The position numbers were made by a program, and so were the translations under genes. The notes below the pieces were generated by a model that saw nothing but the letters and a program-made list of their open reading frames with translations, had not been told where the DNA came from and did not search any database. Below, in pieces: positions 37,401 through 49,400 of a stretch of DNA of 64,000 nt. Source of the stretch: Ylistrum balloti. Taxonomy: Eukaryota. Each line of letters begins with the position of its first letter. Within the stretch, counting starts at the first letter, position 1. The stretch lies in the NCBI RefSeq assembly GCF_031769215.1, contig NW_026782081.1, positions 682,001 through 746,000 of the forward strand, in the 5' to 3' direction.

Positions 37401-40400
37401 AAATCAGGTCGCTAATCTATTTGGAGTCTATCTATCGAACATTTGCTGTCTCATCCAAAGACTACATGCCACCGGAGGGGTTGCAGACCGTCCCCGAAGC
37501 GCTCGCCCTCGTGTGACGACGCGTCGGCAGGATAGGACAATGCGACTTTCGCACCTACGCAATCGCTTTCTGACGGCTAAGGAAACAACAATGAAAACCA
37601 TTGGGCGTCATCATGTTCCAATTGATCCAAAGACAGTGCGTACTCGACTTCGTGCCTTCGGTCTAAGACCGCGGTGGCCATATGTTGGACCACAGCTTTA
37701 TGCGTGGCGACGTGCCAACCGAATGCAATGGCTGAACGCACATTCCGTAAGACGCTTCCCAATGCAACGTTGGGAAAGGGTCCTGTTCTGAGATGAGTTC
37801 AGGTTTTCGCTTTACGAAGCAGACGGCCGACGTCGTGTCTATAGACGTACCCACGAGCGCTATGCAGATGCTTGCGTGATAGTGAATGACCGCTTTGGAG
37901 GAGGATCGGTCATGGAATGGGGAGGGATTGCGCATGGTATAAAAACTCGTTATTCAGGGAAATCTCACGGCCGTCCGCTATAGAGATCAAGTCCTAGCGC
38001 CGCATGTTGTTCCTCTAGTACAGCAGCGTCAACTGACGTTTCTGCAGGACAACACCCGGCCGCATGTAGCGAGGGTTTGCCGTGGTTATTTCGCAACAAA
38101 CAATTTTCACACCCTAGACTGACCCCCATACAGCCCTGACCTCTCCCCAATAGAACATTTATGGGACGTGTTGAACAGAAGGATAAGACGTAGGCCGAAT
38201 CCTCCAATCAACGTCGCTCAGTTGGCGTTGGCGCTGGATGAGGAATGGAATCGTATACCACCAATGAGGAGGGTTAATACCCCGATCAATTCAATGCACA
38301 AAAGAGTTGGTGCAGTTACTGCAGCTCGCGGAGGGCACACACGATATTGAAAGGTCCAGAATGCACTTCGTTTTGACTGGGGTACTCTTGAATCAACGTC
38401 AGATTTGAAAGGTTTACTTAACGTACACGAATGAAATTCACGTAGATGACAGAGATGTCAACTATCTTCCAGTTACACCGTTACACCATAATTACATTCT
38501 AAAACCCTTCTCTATTTCCCGTAGTTGACCTGGAAATTCCTAATTGCGTTTCTTTTTCCTCTTAGTATATAATATAAATATCAACTTTATTTATTCCACT
38601 TATACTAATCGCTCTTGTTAGCCAGGATGTAAGCGCACAAAGGGTTTTATTGTGGGAGGGAACCGGAGTACCCGGGGAAAACTCACATCCTTTCTGGACG
38701 AATAGGTGAAAGGCGAGTGCTTTACCACTGCCCCATCCGACCACCCTTCATTCACATTATTTAGCTGTAGTCATTGATGTCTTTCTTTTGCTGAAATAGA
38801 TTGAAATGAAATTCAAAACACACAAAAAACAAAACTACTTTCAGGTGCTGCTGTTATCACACGTGAAAAAGCAGTCATTTGGACAGACGGACGTAACGTA
38901 GAGGCAGCCATGAGAATGGATTGTGGTTGGCAGATATACAGAAAAGGTACTCATGAATGCATGTCCGCAAAAATGGCAGCGGTTGTTTCGGAATACAACA
39001 CGAGTTTCTATATCATAAGAAAAATATTGCTGAAGATCGTCTTCCATTCCTCGTGACGTGTGATTGTCGTTGATATGATCGCTATCAGATCTGGCCCCAC
39101 TTGTATAAAACATCTCAATTTAAGATTTCCTCAAGCCCATATTTTCCTCAGCTAATATCTCCTTGAAAATATCTTGTATGAAAATTCCTCAAGGAATTTC
39201 AGAACATCCTAGCCGATGACTTCCTCCTGTTCCTTGAGAAAATTTTATACAAGCCGTTTTCGAGATATCAGCTGAGGAAAATCTCGACTTGAGGAAATCT
39301 CAAGTTGAGATGTTTTATGCAAGTGGGTCCTGCAAGCTTAAACTGAGAAATGATAAGTAAATACTTACATCTCAACATCAACACAATTCAAACTAAAATA
39401 TGTCGATTTCCACAGATCGGTCACCTGTTTTACTAACTTAACGCTCTCTCTACCTTAAAACACCATTACTTATTGCGTTATGGATCGTGGTAAATGCAAT
39501 ATAATCCTCTTAGTCAACTTAATGAAAGTAGAAACTATTAAAAAGGGCAGTAGAAAGAAACAGTATAGTAAATGTGGAATGGCTAACAGATTAGAGGTTT
39601 TCTTCTGTATTATCAAGTACTGACTATGTCGCTGAACGCATAACCGATTTTGTCGTCATTTAATTGTAAGTACGTATTACATATCGTCATCCTAAATCAC
39701 AGCAGGTCTAGTTCCTTAAATATATATTTATAAATGCTAGGTTGATTTTAACAACCTTATAATTAAATTGTGTACATATGTTTCGAAATGGCTGTAAAAC
39801 ATATATCAGCACTTTTATAGACTTTGTTTCTCCCTTTAAATAAACCCCTCCTCTAAAAATCAATTCTTAACTGGTCACATGTCTAATATCATTGTTCTCT
39901 TCAATACAGAAAAGTGGTCGTAAAAACTACTTGTAAAGTTTATAAATAGCCTTTAAAAATCAGTTTACAAAAAGCATTTATAAATGTAAAATAAATCTAG
40001 TTAATTTACCCTGAAGACAAAAGAAAAGAATAGATTTGGAAGTTGACAAAGTGGGCAGGTTTACTCATTCAAAGCATAATCTGGCCGTTAAATCTATGTA
40101 GACCTGACCTGATGTTTGATTTAGCAAGTTAGCAAAACTAGCTTTGGTTTCACCTTATGTTTTAATCATCGTTATCTTATGACAAAAATATTTCGTGAAC
40201 ATGTGGAAATTAAGTCTGACAATAACGTTTACAATATTAAAATTTGAAATAATCAGAACTTTTTTGAAAATATCAATGTATTTACATTTTCAATTCAGGG
40301 GCTAAAGGAATACCCGCACTTACATCGTGGGTCAGAACAGAACTTCGTAACGTTACTAGACCTATCATTGGCGCGTGTCCTAGTCTTATGGCGGCAGGTA

Positions 40401-43400
40401 AAGAAATGAACTACTGACCAAAGTTACTCTTATAATAGAAATATATATATACCTAGTTACTATCAGATCTAACGGGGAGATCAAAATCAATTTTATTTAG
40501 TTACATTTCACGCTAACGCATATAATATAAATGTACATAATATCCCGAAATATTCCATATTCTGACCCGAAGGTTGTCGGTCATTTCCATTGTCTATAGG
40601 TAGTTCTGACTACATTGATATCGATCTACTTTCCAATAGCTACAAATAACTACCACCTGCCTTCAATTGCCATTTTCGGTGAGTGAGTACTTTCCTATAA
40701 GTCTTTTATACAATCTGATTATTTTTTTTGGCACGAGCTTCAATTAGAAAGAAGATTCCGTCATTAAAAAAAATAATGTCTTTATGAAAAGTAACAGATT
40801 TTAAAATCCATTTTGAATTTAGTCTGGTGGAAGAATTTCGAACTGAGTTTTTCGAAGGAAAATATAACTATGCTGGGAATTGAAGACGACCTAGTTGGCC
40901 AGGTATGGAATTATGGCCGTCCCCCACAAATTAACGTCACAATCAACGCCCTACCGACGCGATTTGCAGGTGTGTGTATATGTAGCAACAGACATCCAAA
41001 GAAATTTCGGAAACTGCTTTCGTATCACATTTTGTTGTGAGTCTTTGTAATTTACAATGACTGAAAGGATTTGTCATTAAAATTAATAATTCGGTTGTTA
41101 TTACTTTAAATTCTTTTTAAAAAACATGATCACGAAGAAAATATTTTCAATAAGTTTAATGAAGAAATTTCTATAACATCCTTTCATAATTTTATCAATA
41201 ATAGGTTGCTGGGCTCACGTTCGTTATTGTGGACAATAGAGGAATAATGCAAAAAATGTATCAGCAAAAATTGAAGTAGTCCGTGTATACCTCGTGTTTC
41301 AGGTAGAAGCTGGCAAGATAAATTAAAGGATGTCCATTATGAAATGGCCAAAGCCGGTGTAGACGTATTGATAGTGTCGGACCTTGATGAGAATCCTTGT
41401 ATGTTTATTAATGTAATAACGTACCAAACATTTATCTATTTAATAATTATTGTCTATGATTACATTCTTATTCTACTGAAAAAATCGCGACGGATCGCAT
41501 TAATATATTTTTTATCAAATATATTATATCATATAGTTTATCCTATTATTATTATCATGGTACACATTTCGTATTAATTAGAACTGATTTTGCTCGTTTA
41601 TTTAGGGTTGTTCAACCTAAGAGCCTTTTCGTTTGGATTCGATCCATTCTTCTATTCATTTGCTGTGATAGAAAGACGAACTCGTATTGCAAGGTAAACA
41701 CTGATGCTGCGATGTAGAATTTCATAATGAAAATCATCTCGTGAATGACATCTCACCACACAACAATTAGAAAAAGCATAGCCAAACAATAAATTAAACT
41801 GAATCAACCCTAATTTTGATGGTTGTCTTTATAATCATACAAGGACAGAATGTGTATTGCCAGCAAGTTAACGTAGAAGTACGGACCCGTTTTATCATTC
41901 CTTGATGATAATGCACCGCTGTAAAGTTATAGATGATAAAGCCCGTTACAAAGCACCTGTCTCTATTGAAATAAGATGTTAAGGAACCGAATCAATGTAG
42001 TACAGTTCCTTTTGTAAGTGGAAGGATTAAATACAGTATTTAATATCTAATATCGCTAAGAGATAATTAATGTGTAAAACATCCACCATTGATAAATTTC
42101 TCAGGTGACGTGTCAAAAGTTTTTTAGGAAGAGAGAAGGGGGAGGAGTAGGGGAGAGTTGATTTATTATCATTATTATTTTCTTAATAATCGGAATTAAC
42201 ATTTCATATGTCGTCACTTTCCAGGTTATATATCATTGATCACAAGTCGATGCTTTCCCGGATGCCCTCAGACCCTGATGTTCACATCACTCTAGAACAA
42301 CACCTTGATTTAGGAGAAGGACAATGTTTTATGAGAGTAGTAAGTACATCATTTAATACATGTCTTTCTGGTCGTATCTGGCTTCTTAATTGGACTATCA
42401 TTTGATATAGGGTGTAAATTATTTCATTCATGCTTGAACTATTATTGACATTCATCCATATATTATATATATTCTTTTTGTTTTATAAATATCTTTATAT
42501 TTGTAATATGGATTCACCGTTTAAAGAAACAACTACGACATTAGCCTTAGAAGCAGTTTAAATAAAATTCCCATTTTCCTGATAATATCTCAACGAACAA
42601 ATAACAAAACCGATAACAGAGTAACGAAGTGTTCACTAATTGTTAATTTCCTACTGATAGTGGCCTCTTAAGGCTGATTGGTTACAAGGCGTTTAACCAT
42701 AACAGTGTGTACGATAATTAAGTGTGCGCATGATACAATTTGTTATCATGAATTATAACGACTGAATACACATACTACATCTCAACTTTTTTCGGAATTT
42801 TCTGAAAACCAGTGGTGTTGTAACTTCTTCAATGTCTTACCAATGATCTGTAACAGTTGTTGCTCCGGTAATGACGCGGAATATTCCGAGTTAGGAAAAA
42901 CGCCTGACTGAATATATGTAACACGCAAATGAATATGCCGAGTTATGAATAAAACTGCACCACACACCTGCCCCATCCTTCTAGAAGTCTTCATTTTTGC
43001 TACGACATGAAATTATAGAAATCCAGAAAAAATAAGGATATGGAAATGACATAAAAAAATACATAATCCGAATATATAAGGATACATGAAAGCGAAAGTA
43101 GGACATAATTCAATATAAAATGGATCCTAATGTAACGATTTCATTATCCATAGTTATACTTACAAAGTGTACTGGTTTAAATGGAGTCCTTAGAATCAAT
43201 AGTTTCACCAATTCTGATTATATTAGTGTTAAGTTACCTCTGCTTATAACTCTCGATTTGTTTTTGTTTTTGTTTTTTTTTTATTTTAACAACCTTTGGC
43301 ATGACCTATAACCATGATCACATGAGAATCATTTCCCTGAATTTAACGAGGCGACAATAAAATTTATATTTCAGTTTTGTTTCTAGACACTGGAAAAATC

Positions 43401-46400
43401 GTTTTGGGACAGAAAATGCAAAATACTTAAGCACATGACCCCTTTCTTTCGTAATCGTTTAAAATAACTTCTGAAAGGTCTCAGATATCGAATGATACAA
43501 AACAGAAAGTCAATCTGTAACTTCTGAATCCTTGTAAAACTGGTCAATATGATGTTGCAGAAAAAGGACAGAAAGTCCTATAGCCTTGTGTTTTCTCTTG
43601 TTTTGATTTCAAATTAATCAATTAAACATACGGCAGTTACAGTTAATATAAATACATATGTTGTATCAGATTAAGCTTTTATATTTAATGTCAAGCATTT
43701 GCGTATTTTTGTTTGTTTCTTTATGCAGACTGAAAATGGTTACACAGAAAGTTCCTATTCAGCAGAAGAATGCTCACAGAATTTCAGAGTACAGGTGAGA
43801 ACGTCTACTTTTAAAAGTCTGTTAACAGCATGGTTACGTTATATGCAGTGTGTTGTGCGGTGTCTTGCTAAACATTAAAACTGTGCATTTTTATGAATGT
43901 CTTCATACTCTTATACGTAGCAATGACAGTTGAGCGTTTCTCTAAATGACGCCAATTAAGCTTGCACGACAATTGCAAATATGACGCAAGTCATGAAATC
44001 CGATACATGAGTAGTATGTATAAGTTTTTTCACAAGGCAAGACCAAAGACTCAGTGTTGTATGAAGGCATTTGTTAACTTAACTGTATCAACTACATTAT
44101 GTTGATCAAGGTGTTAAAGGCATGAATAGCTTGCTGTTTCTGTACTGCGAATTATTGAAAAGAAGTTTGGAAATCTTCATTCTTTACTGTAACATTTCAT
44201 ATATATAATGTTTGTGGCTTTTAAATGATTTGTTTAGGTACTGGAGTACAATGTGAAGGAGGTTGTTAAAGTTTTATCAAGACTTGCATCTCTTCCGCAA
44301 ATAAGGAAAGTTTGGCTATCTCCATACTGCAGCTTCGCCCTCTACTCTGCTGTTCCTGAGGTAGGTCATAACAGACATGTGAACATCGTATGTTGAAATT
44401 TAGGTAAGTTACTATCAAGAAATGAAGATAAAATAATCGAGATCATCACTCTTATCACTCCTTTTGTTTTTAAGTAAATGTTGAGGTAAACACTGATGAA
44501 AAGGGTATTTTTACTCAATATCAATTGACTTCGTAATTGTATATTTTTTCAGAATAAGATTTACCAAGACAACACGCCTGTGAGGATTCTGAAATCCATC
44601 AAAAACCCAGTAGAAATCAAAGGCATGGAAGACGCTAACGTATGTTATTCCATCATCTATCTTAAGGGAGGTACATTTATAAAATATTATCGAATTTGAT
44701 ATTCAAGTTTCAAAGCCAGCTTCAAATTCAAAATCGATCAGAACAAAAAGCCGATTTACAGACCGATGAAACTGAACAGGTACAATTAAAGTAGGTATTC
44801 CAGAGGAAAGGGTAAGCGTTTTTGCTTCATCAATGACACCGTGGTTAATCAAAATAATGTCAAAGTATATGCAATAGAACGGAATGGCATAGTAACGAGG
44901 ATCGAGCACTTCTAGCTTCGTTTATCATTTATCAGTGATCAATCCTGATTTGCATTAAAATGCTATTCATTAGTGTTTATTTTAAATAATCGTCAACTTG
45001 CGAGCATGGATGCGTCTATTGCGCTTTAATGACAAAGTGGTGGTATCAAAGATAAATAATATCGAGATAGGTTTGAACAAAATACGTTATCAATATTTTC
45101 TGATATTACGTGTAAAGCTAGAGTTTATCGACAGAGAAAGATGCTGTATCAGATATCAATTTTATTACATATACGTTTCTGTATTTGTGTTGTATCATCA
45201 CTACATATTTTTTTCTAGCTCCTGGATTCTGTTGCTGCCATTCGTTTTTTCGCTAGACTGGAAGCAGAGGTAAGTGAATGAATTCCCTTCCCACCTCTGC
45301 CTATGTAGGATACACATCACATATGGAATACCCGTGGCGGATAACAAAAAGGTACTAACATGTCAACATCATCATGATCCGAACTCAAATCCCTCAAACT
45401 AGAGCAAAATATGAACAAAAGAAAGGTTTCTACGGAAACTCCTAAAAAGTACAAGGAGAATAAGATCGTGTGTTCCGGAAGAGTAAGCGCCTTCTATTTC
45501 ATCGAAAACGCCAGACATGTAAAACCTGGTCAGTCCAAGTAAATGCCATGTTCTCAAATGAGAAAAAGTATACAACGGAATCAACGGAAAAAATAACGAG
45601 CATCAAACATGTCCAGCGTCATGTCGCTCAAAGAAATGGAATATTTCTCAATGAGATCACAATGGTGACCATAGACTTCCTCGTAATTTTTATCAACCTA
45701 CATCTTTTGAAACCTTATGTTACGAGTTTGTACGTCTGTCCGTCAGTTGACAACTTCTTGCAGGGAGCAGGCCCTTGAATTCGAATCAACTGCGACATGT
45801 AAACATTATATGTTGAGAATGTAGGGTATTGCTATCTAGAAATGGAAAATTCACAATAAGGAAATTGAAATCATCACGTTTAGCATACAGTGTTGATGAA
45901 AGCTGTCCAAGTTGGTTTCGTTGTAGGAAAAGATCGATATAAGCAGTTGATGTAGAAGAGTCTGTCGTGTCTTTGATTTTAATGTGTATATATGATGGAC
46001 GTGGTCAATAAAGTTCTTGTTTTTTTTAGAAAGTGAAAATTAAACCATTTTGCAAGGTCTTTTTGACCTATTTTAATAAACTCTTCAATAAATTCAGCCT
46101 CGTATGAAAAATCAAAACGAGTCAGCCAACAGGAGGGCGCTACCAGATATGTTAACCTTTACAGTCACAATATGTGTAGTATTTCTTTTTTATCTCAGCG
46201 TCATATCGTCAGCGAGTTAAACGTGTAAAGAAGTTAAACAATCACTTACGAATGACATCTTTGGACTGTACATCGATGACGGTGCTACATGTTTGTCATC
46301 GCCAAAATGAATGCATGATTAAAATGCAATGCGGATGTAGTAAACTGTCCGTAGGAAATTAAATTGTTTTCAATCTACCGAAATCTCCTGCAATTTTTAT

Positions 46401-49400
46401 TGCAAAGAAATATACATAAATAAAATTACGTGAAAGTTTGAATTTTGATATTGTGAATTTGTTATGTTTTGAATATATACGGATGTATATGTCATACCAT
46501 TACTAGCCTGTTCAAAACGATCTTGTCGTCAGCAACACTTGAATCACTTGAATATGCTTGCAACGTTCTGAAAAAGAGATGGCAGTGTAAAGTAGATCGG
46601 AGATATATCTCAATATCATACAAAACCTTTTATGTATATGACAACATTAAATTTATTTGTTTCTATTTTAGAAGTATTGGATGATGTTCCAGTTTTATTT
46701 TTCATATACAAGTTCATCAAATGACTTTTCAAATGATCAAATTGTTTTCCGAATATTCAAGAACTGTATTATTCATCAGTGGGAAATACAGATATATATT
46801 TGATAAAGAAATATGTTACTTAGCAGTAAAATATTTACCAAATACATTCTTAATTCATTCATATTGATGAAGAGCAAGATGGAGAATTTTGGATCCAATT
46901 CCACTCACAACAACTGCGATATAGAATTACATGTAAGGTTTCTTTGATGTTGAAGGTGAAACAAGGGAAGAATTGGACCGTTTATGATGCTTTTCATGAG
47001 ATTCTTAACTACAGGAAGTAAGTTCATGTTATGACGATCTTCCTTCTTTTTTTATATTTTATAAATCAAACCAAAGAGAATACGTGTGATAGCGATATAT
47101 TTAGATATATAAATATGTCATAAGCGACAACATGTGCGAAACATTCCCTGAGGCCTCTAATAACATATCTGTTCATTGTAAATAAAACCAAAACAGAAAC
47201 TAGAACCAGCTCCTGAGGTCTTTCGATTTGGATATTTTTTTGCAATTTTATTATCGTTTTGAATTGTCTGTTTAAGCAAAATTTCTTCAAGATTTAAAGT
47301 GATTGTTTTATATTGTTTTTTGTTCCTTTCAGACGAATTCCATATTTCCGCGCTCCAGCGTTTAGAACACTTACCGGAAGTGGCCCGACTGCAGCGCCAA
47401 TTTATAATATGCCGACACCAGAAAATTCTCAACCAATTACATCTGAACACATCTTTATGCAAGACTCAGGAGGCCAATACCTGTAAGTAAAGGTTAAATC
47501 AAGGTTTGTAAGTTTGATGTCATTTTCCTAATTAATGCTGCCTTTCTGGTCGTTTTGAAGTCAATAAAACACATCTGTTTTATTCCCTGTTTATTTTTCT
47601 CAAAAAGTTTTGTAAATTTGTTTAAGTGATGTCTATAATTTTTTAACATCATGTTTTATATTCTGTTTTCAATATATTAAAATCATTCTGAAGAAATACA
47701 GGAACTACAGATATGACAAGGTCCTTCCACTTCGGAAAGCCGACGAAATATGAAAAGGTTCGTAGTTCATAACACATTATACCTACATATATTTACACTG
47801 TGTGTTAAGATGAATGTCCAAAGTAAACAAATACAGATATATTTGATTCATACATACATGTTTGTATATAATTACGATAATTACAGGAGATATACACCCG
47901 GGTATTGATAGGCCATATAAACTTAGCAAAACTGATCTGGCCTGAGGGACGAACAGGTATGTGATAGGAAATTTAATACCCTATTTCAACCCAACAAACA
48001 TTATTATTCTTACTTATATATAACAATATATAAAAAAAAACGTATTTTTGCTTCATACAGCTTTTCAAAAGAACGCTTTATAAATGTAACACTTTTCGTG
48101 TTTCTTGTCACATTCTGGATAAGCAACATCAATACGTTTTCTCAAATAGTAAAAGAAACACACATCAAGATCATTTGTTTCAACAATGTGCTTGATTGCA
48201 AACCTTTAAAGAATCACACAGGTCTCAAACTACATCAAGAATCTGGTAAACTTGGAACCATTAAATGAAATAAAAAGACTGCTTGTGCCTTGCCAATGCT
48301 CTGAATTTGAAATGCTATAAAATGACATGACAGAAATAATATTTAATTTATTAATGAGCATTATGGGAATAGTGTCGTGATTTATAAAGGAACTGACGTA
48401 TTGTGTGTTGTGTTTTTGTAATCAGGACATGACATCGACGCTACTGCGAGGGAGCCACTCTGGGAGTTAGGTCTGGACTACTCTCACGAGACAGGCCATG
48501 GCATCGGTGCTTACGGGGGTGTCATAGAAGGTCTGAACTTTAAACACATATGCATCAAGTTACATTCAATTTCAACATGCTTCAGGTTGTGGCCTTTGTT
48601 GATGATCCCTAATAGCATTGATGCTAAATATGAAGAGCTCACCATTTAAAACTACATTTAGAAGCTTATGTAAAAAATGGTTTCAAAACTAAATTTGCTA
48701 TCAATGTCATTATGCTTGGCCTGCTTATTCGAAAAGAACTAAAGCGTATTTGATACAGCTGAGCAATGCTATCTAATGATCTGTAAGAACTAGTTAAAAA
48801 GATATCAGCGATGTTTGAAATGTACTTAGAAGTCAATAACAATTGTCATTATTTGTTTTCACAATACATTTCAATACGTTCCGATCACATTTCTTTTTCA
48901 CAAATGTTTTATGAAAAAGTTTTCATTTTTTGTTTAGGACCTGGGCGGATATCCTCTACGTATGCTGATTTCATCAGCGACGTTCCATTCTTTGCTGCTA
49001 TTTTTACAAAAGGTAACATCTTCTTATAATTTTCCATTTTTTTATTTACATAGTTAAATTTTGCATTGAACTAAGCTTAAGAAGATATATCATCTTCGTT
49101 TTACCATGCCTTAATTTATCTGACGGCGGAATATATCAGTTCAAATTAATTTCAGATGAAAATATATATAAGTTTCCTGATCCAACAGACTACCCTTTGA
49201 AGAAAAACATGTTTTTCACAGTTGGTAAGTTTGAATTATTTCTTGTCTTGTGCAACAACAATAATATTATAATCTTACCGTGTTCATTTGAAGTCCATTA
49301 CATAGTATGTAGAACAATTACGACATATAATGTTTAGCTTGAAAAATAGCGTATCATTTATTATGAAAGCAGCGAGCTAAGGTATACGTATACAACATTC

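Noticed and set aside
37789-37791. In-frame TGA in the transposase as selenocysteine or readthrough
   Set aside because: It replaces the Ser of the FSDES motif in a gene with another stop and a frameshift; ordinary decay
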